DNA of 64,000 bases from Candidatus Binatus sp. (GTDB lineage: Bacteria; Acidobacteriota; Terriglobia; Terriglobales; Acidobacteriaceae). Shown piece after piece: positions 44,317 through 53,369 of the stretch; positions within the stretch are counted from its first letter, which is position 1, and each line of letters opens with the position of its first letter. The notes beneath the pieces are model-generated. The model was not told where the DNA came from and did no database searches. It saw only the letters and a program-made list of their open reading frames with translations. A program made the position numbers and the translations under genes. Location of the stretch: assembly GCA_035482825.1 (NCBI GenBank), contig DATHQJ010000044.1, positions 2,164-66,163 on the forward strand. The letters run 5' to 3'.

Positions 44317-45879
44317 TCAGCGCTTTGCGCCCCGGATCAAAGCCGGCAGCACTTGCCCGAACTCGCTGCTTCCCGGCTCTCCGAAGGCAAAATAGATCCT
44401 CCGATAGTGCTGATACAGATCCGCGTACACGCGCTGCGCCGATTCTTCCGGCTCATAAGTTTTGTACGGCGAGCAGATCTTGTCCTGCGCCTCTTCAACC
44501 GTCTGGAACGCCCCAGCCGCCAGAAAAGCGAAAATCGCCGAGCCGATCCCTGTCACTTTGCCGCTGGGCACCAGCACCGGTCTGCCCAAGACATTGGCAT
44601 ACACCTGATTGAGCACCGAGTTATTTTGCGGGATGCCGCCACCATTGATGACGCGCAGCGTGGGCGCTCCGTACTCACTCATGCGATCAAGAATCACGCG
44701 GGTGTGAAAAGCGGTTCCCTCGATGGCCGCGAAAAGTTCGTCCTGCGCCGTGTGCTGCAAATTCCATCCAATCGTGATTCCCCCGAGATTGGGATTGACC
44801 AGCACGGTCCGGTCGCCATTGTCCCAGGTCATGCGCAGCAGTCCAGTTTGCCCGGCGCGATAGGTCTCGAGACCTTTGCTCAGTTCCGCAACCGTCGTGT
44901 TGGCTCGCCCCGCGATGGCGCTGAAAATATCTCCCGTGGCCGAGAGGCCCGCTTCGACGCCGGTGAACTGCGGGTGCACGCTGCCCTTCACCACGCCGCA
45001 GACTCCGGGGATTAACTCCGCCTGCTTGGCATACGCAATGATGCAGGTCGAGGTGCCGACCACGTTCACCACATCGCCTTCTCGGGCTCCGGCGCCGATC
45101 GCGTCCCAATGCGCATCAAACGCTCCCACCGGAATGGGGATGCCCGCGCGCAGCCCCAGCTTTTCTGCCCACTGCGGCGACAACCTTCCGGCAATCCGAT
45201 CAGAAGTAGAGTATTCCCCATCCAATTTCGCCCGAACTCCTGCCAGCAACGGATCAACTTTGGCGAGAAAGCTTTCCGGGGGAAGCCCGCCCAGGGCCGC
45301 ATTCCACATCCACTTGTGACCCATGGCGCAAACGCTGCGCTTCACCCGCGACGGCGTTGCGATTCCGCAAAGCGTAGCCGCAACCATGTCGCAATGCTCG
45401 AAGGCGCTCGCGAACGCATTGCGCTTGCCGGGATTGTGCCGGAGCCAATGCAGCAACTTCGCGAACCCCCACTCGGAGGAGTACACGCCCCCGCACCACT
45501 GGATGGCCTCTAGCTTCTCGCGGTGTGCAAGCTCGGTAATTTCAGCCGCTTCCTGTTTTGCCCGGTGATCGCACCACAGGTAGTAGTCGTCGAGCGGAGT
45601 CATATCCGCGGCGACTGGAATCACGCTGGAGCCGGTGGTATCGAGAGCGATAGCCGCGATGGAATCGCCCGGAATTCCTGCCGCCTTTACTGCCTGCCGA
45701 GTGGCGGAAGCCAGGGCGCGCATCTGGTCGTCGTGCGACTGCGTGGCATAATCTGGATCCTCACGCTTGCGGTGGAGCGGATATTCGGCGATGGCCGAGC
45801 CGATCAGCCCGCGGTCGCTGTCGACCAACGAAACTCGCACACTCAGCGTCCCGAAATCGACTCCCGCAACAATGGTCAT
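44317..45879 (-). CDS. araB: Ribulokinase (FGGY carbohydrate kinase)
   Basis: N-terminus MTIVAGVDFGTLSVRVSLVD parallels AraB. It has an FGGY C-terminal domain, and the length (~520 aa) fits. Confidence 0.82.
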   Translation of the reverse strand: MTIVAGVDFGTLSVRVSLVDSDRGLIGSAIAEYPLHRKREDPDYATQSHDDQMRALASATRQAVKAAGIPGDSIAAIALDTTGSSVIPVAADMTPLDDYYLWCDHRAKQEAAEITELAHREKLEAIQWCGGVYSSEWGFAKLLHWLRHNPGKRNAFASAFEHCDMVAATLCGIATPSRVKRSVCAMGHKWMWNAALGGLPPESFLAKVDPLLAGVRAKLDGEYSTSDRIAGRLSPQWAEKLGLRAGIPIPVGAFDAHWDAIGAGAREGDVVNVVGTSTCIIAYAKQAELIPGVCGVVKGSVHPQFTGVEAGLSATGDIFSAIAGRANTTVAELSKGLETYRAGQTGLLRMTWDNGDRTVLVNPNLGGITIGWNLQHTAQDELFAAIEGTAFHTRVILDRMSEYGAPTLRVINGGGIPQNNSVLNQVYANVLGRPVLVPSGKVTGIGSAIFAFLAAGAFQTVEEAQDKICSPYKTYEPEESAQRVYADLYQHYRRIYFAFGEPGSSEFGQVLPALIRGAKR

Positions 45880-46047
45880 TGGCTCAAACTCCGAATGAGT
45901 GTAACAAAACGCAGATGCGCCGGGACTTCGGTTGCCGCAAGTCGCGTGGTAGCATCGGCAGCAGGTTTCCGCAACAAGTCCGGCGCGAAGTGCGCAGACG
46001 AGGTTTCATCTCTTGCGCGCGGAAATTGAGGGCACGAGAATACTCGT

Positions 46048-47756
46048 ATGAAGAAACTTCGCAGTCAGGAATGGTATGGCCGGCAGGACAAGATGGGATT
46101 CTTGTACCGCAGCTGGATGAAGAACCAGGGTTGGCCTCACGACCTGTTCGATGGCCGCCCGGTGATTGGTATCTGCAATACGTGGTCCGAGCTGACCCCG
46201 TGCAACGGTCACTTTCGCGAACTAGCCGAATTTGTAAAGCGCGGCGTGTGGGAAGCCGGCGGCTTTCCCCTGGAATTTCCCGTGATGTCTCTCGGCGAAA
46301 CCCAACTCCGGCCCACCGCCATGTTATTTCGCAATCTGGCCAGCATGGATGTCGAGGAGTCTATTCGCGGCAATCCTATCGACGGCGTCGTTCTGCTCAT
46401 GGGCTGCGATAAGACCACGCCGTCTCTTCTGATGGGCGCGGCATCGTGCGATCTTCCCACGATTGGCCTGTCCGGCGGGCCGATGCTTTCCGGAAAGTTT
46501 CGCGGCCGCGATCCGGCACAGGCGTGTGGCAGATGTTTGAGCAGATCAGTGCGGGCGAGATGAAGATCGAAGAAGCCTTCGAAGCCGAAAGCTGCATGCA
46601 CCGTTCCAAGGGCCATTGCATGACCATGGGAACCGCTTCGACCATGGCCAACATGGTCGAGGCCTTGGGCATGAGCCTGCCGGGAAATGCGGCCATCCCC
46701 GCCGTCGATGCCCGGCGCAACACGCTGGCCCAGATGACCGGCCGTCGCATCGTGGAAATGGTGCGCGAGGACCTGCGCATGTCGCGCATTCTGACGCGAG
46801 AAGCCTTCGAAAACGCAATCCGCGCCAACGCCGCCATCGGCGGGTCGACCAACGCAGTCATTCACTTAATCGCGATCGCGGGCCGCGTCGGAGTGCCCCT
46901 CGCTCTCGATGATTTCGATCAACTCGGTTCAGCCCTGCCCTGTCTTGTCAATCTTCAGCCGTCAGGAAAATATCTGATGGAGGACTTCTTTTACGCCGGA
47001 GGTCTGCCCGCCGTTCTACGCGAATTAGGAGGAGGCGGCGCGCTGCACCGTCACGCTCTCACCGTCAACGCAAAAACGATCTGGGAAAATGTCGCGGAAG
47101 CGCCCTGCTGGAATCGTGAAGTGATTCACCACTTCGCCGAACCGTTCAAGCAGAATGCCGGAATCACCGTGCTGCGCGGAAATCTCGCTGCCGATGGTGC
47201 GGTGATCAAGCTCTCCGCCGCCAGCCCGCACCTGCTGCAGCATCGCGGTCGAGCGGTGGTCTTCGATTCCATCGAAGATTTTCACGCGCGCATCAATGAC
47301 GAAGCGCTGGACATCGACGAAAACTGCGTCATGGTTCTCAAGAATTGCGGCCCGCGGGGATATCCGGGCATGGCAGAAGTCGGAAACATGCCGCTGCCCC
47401 CAAAACTCTTGCGCAACGGCGTGACCGACATGGTGCGCATCTCGGATGCACGCATGAGCGGAACCGCGTACGGCACTGTGGTCCTGCATATATCGCCAGA
47501 GGCTGCAGCCGGCGGTCTGCTGGCTCTGGTTCAATCCGGCGATACCATCGTTCTTGACGTGGCTCAACGGGTCATACAAGTCGAAATCGACGACGCCACT
47601 CTCGCCGCCCGCCGCGCTCAGTGGACTCCACCCTTTCTGCCCGCGCGCGGGTGGGAGCGACTGTATGTCGAGCACGTGCAGCAGGCACATCTGGGAGCAG
47701 ACCTCGATTTTCTGGTCGGCCACAGCGGAGCCAAAGTCGCCCGCGACTCCCACTGA
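46048..47756 (+). pseudogene. IlvD/Edd-family dehydratase (sugar-acid, e.g. L-arabonate, or dihydroxy-acid dehydratase) interrupted by a frameshift near 46510
   Basis: The N-terminal 155 codons sit in frame 1 (ORF 46048..46563: ..GCDKTTPSLLMGAAS..GPMLSGKFRGRD). Homology continues in frame 3 (ORF 46446..47756: SGTGVWQMFEQISAGEM..ESCMHRSKGHCMTMGTASTM..). The switch lies within cgcggccgcgatccggcacagg and is consistent with a 1-nt loss or a 2-nt gain. Confidence 0.8.
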
Positions 47757-47873
47757 TCAGAAGATTGAACGCAAAGACTCCGCGCGAAAAATCGCCTCAC
47801 CCAAGCAACGACGCCGCCCACAATCCTGCCTTGCGAGCCATGTCAGTTCATCGCCCGCGCTAAGCTCTTACTT

Positions 47874-50654
47874 TCAAGGGATTAGAAAACCTGGCGCCGG
47901 CCACGTTTTCTCGACCGTGATTTCGCTTGTCGAATGGCGATCGAGAGAAACGGGTCCAGTCCTGGCGCCGGTCATTTCTGTGCCGGCAATTGTCACGTCA
48001 TGAGACTGACTCACTACGATTGATCCCTCTGTGCTCGCCGTTCCCAGGAAGTAATGCTCAGCCTCCCGGTTGGAGTCTTCAACTTGAGTTCCGCTCACCG
48101 AGACCTTGCTCGCCGAACCTATGAAGACTGCCGGGCCGGGAACATCACGCACACTGTTTCCTGAAAGCACGATGTCTTGATTGACGGGAACGTCTGTGCT
48201 GCCACTTTCGTCAAAAAGCCCGTTATTGAGCCAGGTTCCAATCAGGATGGCTCCCGGCAAACCGGCCACCTCGCCCGGAATAAACGCACTGCCTGCCTTC
48301 GCCCCTGATTTGGAAATCTGGTTGTTCAGCACCTGCAAGTCTTGCACTCCCGGGGTTGCGGACGGGGGGACATCTTGCAGAATTCCGATGAAGATAGGGT
48401 AGTGGAACATATCGCTCATGACGTTGTCTTCGAGCAACCCGTACGGCGACTGGGGCAGAACAGCTCGGCCAAGACCGTTGTGGAAGACGTTGTTCCGAAT
48501 GATCCAGCGGGGAGCCATAAAGTTCAGATCCTCCTGCCAGCTATCGGTTGCAAGATGGGGAACTTCGTTACTCAACGTCACGTTCACCGATCCGTCGGCG
48601 TTCGTAGACACGGCCGTGGCGGTTGCGTAACCCAACAACCCCCAGGCTGAGTTCGAAAACATCAAGGGGTCGCCCACACTCACCGGAAACTCCGGCGAAG
48701 GAATCTTGATCTGCGTTCCAGCAACGTGCAAAGGCTGCACCATCGTCTCCGGTGCAAGGTTGATCGAGTCGTCTAATTCGTCGGAAAGCGTACTGTCCTC
48801 GATCAGGACGTCACCCTGTACATTTTCGAAGTGAATACCATCCGAGCCGCTGGAAGTAAGTTTGCCCGGAGAACGGCTGATTTCACATCTCGAAAACCGT
48901 ACGCCGCGAGCGCCGCTGATGAAGAACCCAAAGCCGGGCGCGGAATGAATGATGACATTCTCGAATGCAATGTCGCTGGCACCCGCAACCCCGATGCCGT
49001 TCGCCTCTCCGTGGTAGTAGTCAACCAGAAGCGATTGCCCGATGGGAAATGCGGAAAAATCTGGCGCGGAATAAATCGAGTTGCCTTGATAGACCGGCGG
49101 AGAACTTGCCGGCCCAGACCAAAACCTCTGAGTCGCGGTCTCTCTGCCGAAGATGTTGTCTTTCAGATTCCAATCGGTGATGGCATCGATGGTCTTGGTT
49201 GGGTCGAAGGGGAAGGCCGAACTCATCTGCAAGAGGTTTTGGCCAGGAGTAGAACCGGCAATGATGGTTCCAAGAGCCGAGATGGGAAGATCCGGCCAGT
49301 CGATGACGAAGTTCTTAAACCGTATCCTGGTAGGCTGGTTGACCAGTATGCTCCAGGTCGCCAGTGCACTGAATTGCAAGGTCGATCCCTGGCCGTCGAT
49401 GATGAGGTCAGTCGGATTGTTGATGGTCCAATTCGCACAAGTGCCCGTCGGACTGCAGTCTACCTGCGTGCCTTTGAACGCGTAGGTGCCGCGCGGAATC
49501 AGGATAGTGCCCGCGCCTTGGGTCATTGCCGCGGCAATCGCTGCCGGAAAATCGGTATCCGGATTACTGATTTTCGCTTCGTACACCTGGTCGCTCGGGG
49601 CCGGAGCCTGAATGGTGACAGTCACTTCCTTGCCAGTAACAGAGGCGAAATTCTCCACCGTATCGCCAGGCTTGGTCGTCAATCCGGCGGATGTGGGAAT
49701 CTTTGAGAGATAGGACTGGTCAATCGCAAACAGTCCTCTACGTCCTTCGCTTCGCCCGAATTGAACGTAGTGGCGAAGCAGGCCGAGATTACCCTGGGCA
49801 TCAAATACATTTTGCAGGTCAGGATACTGCGCCAGGTATTCCACCGCCGAGAACAGATTCGATCCTTTATCGCCCTTCGCGATGCCCACGCTGAGCCATG
49901 CGGCAGTCGCTTGATCTAGCGATTTAAGTCCTGCATGCCGGCTCATGTAATAAACCGGATCAAACACCCAGGGAGCGAGAGAAAAAATACCGATTCGGGG
50001 CGCGCCGCTCGGCGCCGGATTCGATCCCGTAAGCGCGAAGTCGTCGATGGCGGCGACGACTCCTGCGGGACCAAAGAGAAGCTCTTTGTCATGATTCAAG
50101 AACAGATAGTCTGGAGCGAAGAAACGCGGATGGGCATGCTGGTTCAGAGCTATGCCGTGCTCAATCCAAAAAGTCTCGGCGTCCACTGCGGAAAGTGATT
50201 GGACATCGGGATTCGTGGACGTGTAGAAAGAAAGATCGAAGACATTCGGCGTCAGTGCCAGAACTCCTTCGCGGCCCTCGCTGTGCCCCGTAGACACATA
50301 GTGCTCGATCGCGGCCGGATAATTCGTGGCGCCGAACGCCGCCCGCAGGTCCGCATAGAAAGCCAAATACTGCTTGCTCCAGAAAAGCGGGTGTGCTCTG
50401 AGTCCTTCGGCGGCGCCATGGTTGAGCCATTGGCTGGTTGCCTGCGCATCCGTCAGGTGTGCGAATGCAGGGTTTACTGATTTGAAGTACGAAACATCAA
50501 AAACCAGCGGGCTCAGGGCCGCATTAGCATCTACTGGCGATGCTGACAGATCCTGGGCTGCCAACAAAGCCCCACTGAACGCGCCTGCCAGCGCAAGATA
50601 AAAAGACGTGAGCGCAATGAATCTGACGATCTGATTCCGAAATATACGTACCAC
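47874..50654 (-). CDS. Secreted right-handed beta-helix protein with three N-terminal ~90-aa repeats
   Basis: GTG 50654 is preceded by GGAGG 6 nt upstream (alternative ATG 50708, without an RBS), with signal VRIFRNQIVRFIALTSFYLALAGAFSGALLAAQ. Three repeats follow (VFDVSYFKSVNP.., VFDLSFYTSTNP.., VFDPVYYMSRH.., each ending ..H(Y)V..G..EGR.G). C-terminal parallel beta-helix-like turns: IIRNNVFHNG, LEDNVMSD, LNNQISKSG, LSGNSVRD. Confidence 0.75.
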   Translation of the reverse strand: MVRIFRNQIVRFIALTSFYLALAGAFSGALLAAQDLSASPVDANAALSPLVFDVSYFKSVNPAFAHLTDAQATSQWLNHGAAEGLRAHPLFWSKQYLAFYADLRAAFGATNYPAAIEHYVSTGHSEGREGVLALTPNVFDLSFYTSTNPDVQSLSAVDAETFWIEHGIALNQHAHPRFFAPDYLFLNHDKELLFGPAGVVAAIDDFALTGSNPAPSGAPRIGIFSLAPWVFDPVYYMSRHAGLKSLDQATAAWLSVGIAKGDKGSNLFSAVEYLAQYPDLQNVFDAQGNLGLLRHYVQFGRSEGRRGLFAIDQSYLSKIPTSAGLTTKPGDTVENFASVTGKEVTVTIQAPAPSDQVYEAKISNPDTDFPAAIAAAMTQGAGTILIPRGTYAFKGTQVDCSPTGTCANWTINNPTDLIIDGQGSTLQFSALATWSILVNQPTRIRFKNFVIDWPDLPISALGTIIAGSTPGQNLLQMSSAFPFDPTKTIDAITDWNLKDNIFGRETATQRFWSGPASSPPVYQGNSIYSAPDFSAFPIGQSLLVDYYHGEANGIGVAGASDIAFENVIIHSAPGFGFFISGARGVRFSRCEISRSPGKLTSSGSDGIHFENVQGDVLIEDSTLSDELDDSINLAPETMVQPLHVAGTQIKIPSPEFPVSVGDPLMFSNSAWGLLGYATATAVSTNADGSVNVTLSNEVPHLATDSWQEDLNFMAPRWIIRNNVFHNGLGRAVLPQSPYGLLEDNVMSDMFHYPIFIGILQDVPPSATPGVQDLQVLNNQISKSGAKAGSAFIPGEVAGLPGAILIGTWLNNGLFDESGSTDVPVNQDIVLSGNSVRDVPGPAVFIGSASKVSVSGTQVEDSNREAEHYFLGTASTEGSIVVSQSHDVTIAGTEMTGARTGPVSLDRHSTSEITVEKTWPAPGFLIP

Positions 50655-50991
50655 CCCAACCCTCCGGTTTGATAGCCGCCTTCTCGCTCGGCGACATGTT
50701 GATTGCATCGGTTGACATATCTACTTCGTTGCTATTCCGCGAATCGGCTTTGATCGACCGGGCGCACATTCGGCCCCCGGTTAGTTCACCATCAAGGTGT
50801 GCCTGGCCGGAGGCTGGTGTGAGTTCTTCCGAGTTAACGAGAGACCGAGTCGCGCAGCTTATAGACGGCAGCCATTTTCTTCCACGACTCCATAGAGAAC
50901 AACTGCCACGGCACGAAATTATTCCTGCGAGACGCCAATATTTCTTCAAAAAAGTTTTGCCGGCCTCTGTGGCCGTGTTGTGCAGCGCGCT

Positions 50992-51237
50992 CTATGGGAC
51001 ACTCCAAAACGTGCGCCTCTTGAACCAGACGATTCTGTTGCCAACGTCCGTCATCGGCTGACCCTGGCCGTCGTCCTCCACGGAGTGAAGACCCGCCCGC
51101 TCGCTCACCGGCGCGTAGCCCAGAATCTTGCCGGTCCTGCGATCCAGCTTGACGACCCAGCCGGGAGATCCGGGAGGCTCATTCAGCGGTTGCATTCCCG
51201 TCCATAGCGTCCCATTCGCGCCCGGTAAGAAAGCATC
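50992..51237 (-). pseudogene. 3'-terminal remnant of an NHL/six-bladed beta-propeller gene
   Basis: Open frame DAFLPGANGTLWTGMQPLNEPPGSPGWVVKLDRRTGKILGYAPVSERAGLHSVEDDGQGQPMTDVGNRIVWFKRR.. has the look of the last NHL blades. It is preceded by an in-frame TAG at 51238-51240 and abuts the 3' end of the debranching-enzyme gene, leaving no room for the rest of the gene. Confidence 0.45.
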
Positions 51238-51265
51238 CTATTGAAATCCCCAGCGACATCGTGAG

Positions 51266-53311
51266 TCATGGGATGCCCAGGGCGACTGGCAGGTTCTTGC
51301 TTTGAACCGGGCGGCCACTTGGTCGCGGATTCGGACGCAGATCCCTCACATCTTCGAAGTAGACACGTAGAATCTCAGCCACGCTCCAAGCCTGAGCAAT
51401 ACATCCACATGGGCGATGAGGAGCGTCGCCCTCAAAGATCTCCGAGATATGACCTAACCCGGCCTCTGCAAGATGAGACTCCAAGCCGGACAACCAGGCA
51501 TGCGCTTGGCGCCTGGCCTCCTCGCTCCGTCCGTGCACCTTTATATAGGCAGTAATGAACGGCCCCAGCAACCACGCCCAAACCGCTCCCTGGTGGTACG
51601 CTCCATCGCGCTCCGCGGGGGCGCTAGTGTATCGTCCGTGGTATTGTGGGTCGCTCGGTGCGAGACTGCGGAGTCCGAAAGGGGTCAGCAGGTGTTCTTG
51701 AACTTTCTCCACCACGGTTCTGGCGCGGTCGCGTGCCAACATGCTGTGCGGCAAGCTCACCGCGAAGATCTGGTTGGGGCGGACAGATGAATCGGGCGGA
51801 CCGCCATTTACCACGTCGTACAAGCAACCGAGCTTTTCGTTCCAAAAGAGTCGGTTGAAGCTCCATTGCGCAACCGCGGCCATGTGGCGATAACGTTTTC
51901 GCGCAGCGTCGTCCCCGAACCTGCTGGCCAAATCCTCCATAATGCAGAGCGCGTTGTACCAGAGAGCCTGGACTTCAACAGGCTTGCCCCGGCGTGGCGT
52001 TACCACCCAGTCGCCCACCTTGGCGTCCATCCACGTGAGTTGGACTCCCAGTTCGCCGGAAGCCAGCAACCCGCTGGGATCCACTTTGATTCCGTAGCGC
52101 GTCCCGCGAGCGTGCCAAGAGATGATGTCAGCAAACTTGGGATAGAGTTCATCGCGGACGAATTCCAAATCGCTCGTGTACGCAAGGTACGCGCGAGCCG
52201 CTTCGAAAAACCAGAGAGCGGCGTCGACCGTGTTGTATTCCGGTGTTTCGCCCGCGTCAGGAAAACGGTTCGGCAACATACCCTGGTCCACGTGCTTGGC
52301 GAAGGTGCGCAGGACACTACGCGCGACATCATACTTGCCGGTCGGTAGCGTGAGGCCCGGCAGGGCGATCATGGTGTCGCGACCCCAGTCGCCGAACCAG
52401 TGGTAACCGGCGATGACGGTTTTCTCGTCTTCACGCGAAACCAGGTATTGGTCTGCTGCACCAGCGAGGCTTTGGGCAAAGCTATCCTCAATGGGAGATG
52501 CCACCATCGCTTTTCGGCGACGCGTGATCTCCACCTGCCGATATTCGACTGCTTGGGCAGCGTCGCGTTCCCCGGTGGAGGCGATGATTGACGCCTGCCG
52601 GCGCGACCGCAGATCGAAACACAGCACAAAGGGATTGAAGAGATCTTCAGAAAAATCGAGCCCGCGTTCGCGCTCGGCGTCATATTCAAAGTTGCGATAC
52701 CAGTCACCCGTTTTACATAACTCCATCGCGTTGTGGGCCAAGTGCAGGGTAGGCAACCCTTGGTAGGGAGTGACAGTTGCCAATCCAGAGCGTTCTTGCA
52801 CCGCCGAGTTGATGCCTCCGTTTTCGTGGGTCGTGCCGTGATAGTCGCGGAATGCAATCAATGGGCGAATTTCCAGACGCAGGTTCTTCGGTACCTCCGG
52901 ACGATTGTTCTTCCTCAGTTCATAATGAATCACCGCGCTGTTCTCGCCGTGAATCATGAACACGGACTTTTCCAGCTCGATGCCCTCTAGTTCGTACGTA
53001 AACACTGGAAACGGGTCGAGTCGAAACTGTTTGAGATAGTGGAATCCTTGCGGGTGAATAACCCCTGGATATCGGTTGGCCGACAGCTCGAAACCCCTCC
53101 CATCGATCCACAGCGTCTCTTCGAGCTTGGAGAGGAGGACCAAGCGGCCGACAGGCGGCTTGGTGGCGGCCACCAGAAGCCCGTGGTAGCGGCGGGAGTT
53201 CAAACCAACAATTGTTGACGAAGCAAAACCGCCTAGCCCATTGGTTTCCAGCCACTCCCGGCGAAGAGCTGCTTCCAGATCACTCCATGTCTCCCGTTCG
53301 AACTGAATCAT
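51266..53311 (-). CDS. Amylo-alpha-1,6-glucosidase / glycogen debranching enzyme (archaeal-type GDE)
   Basis: N-terminal GDE_N_bis-like [30 protein letters not shown] hallmark [22 protein letters not shown]. (alpha/alpha)6 end ..[14 protein letters not shown]. Confidence 0.88.
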   Translation of the reverse strand: MIQFERETWSDLEAALRREWLETNGLGGFASSTIVGLNSRRYHGLLVAATKPPVGRLVLLSKLEETLWIDGRGFELSANRYPGVIHPQGFHYLKQFRLDPFPVFTYELEGIELEKSVFMIHGENSAVIHYELRKNNRPEVPKNLRLEIRPLIAFRDYHGTTHENGGINSAVQERSGLATVTPYQGLPTLHLAHNAMELCKTGDWYRNFEYDAERERGLDFSEDLFNPFVLCFDLRSRRQASIIASTGERDAAQAVEYRQVEITRRRKAMVASPIEDSFAQSLAGAADQYLVSREDEKTVIAGYHWFGDWGRDTMIALPGLTLPTGKYDVARSVLRTFAKHVDQGMLPNRFPDAGETPEYNTVDAALWFFEAARAYLAYTSDLEFVRDELYPKFADIISWHARGTRYGIKVDPSGLLASGELGVQLTWMDAKVGDWVVTPRRGKPVEVQALWYNALCIMEDLASRFGDDAARKRYRHMAAVAQWSFNRLFWNEKLGCLYDVVNGGPPDSSVRPNQIFAVSLPHSMLARDRARTVVEKVQEHLLTPFGLRSLAPSDPQYHGRYTSAPAERDGAYHQGAVWAWLLGPFITAYIKVHGRSEEARRQAHAWLSGLESHLAEAGLGHISEIFEGDAPHRPCGCIAQAWSVAEILRVYFEDVRDLRPNPRPSGRPVQSKNLPVALGIP

Positions 53312-53369
53312 AATTGGCCCTTACTTTCACCGGTGCTAACTGTGGAAATGCATCGGCGTTGGTGCCCAT

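Noticed and set aside
46034-46047. Inverted repeat ACGAG-aata-CTCGT abutting the dehydratase ATG, and the direct repeat TGCCGCAA/TTCCGCAAC at about 45941-45985.
   Set aside because: The arms are only 5 bp, which is likely to occur by chance. No cognate regulator gene is present in the window.
50524-51061. ORFs 50524-50949 (-) and 50669-51061 (+) in the long spacer after the beta-helix gene.
   Set aside because: They overlap each other and have Cys/Arg/Ser-rich, motif-free translations. The region is better explained as a non-coding scar next to the NHL remnant.
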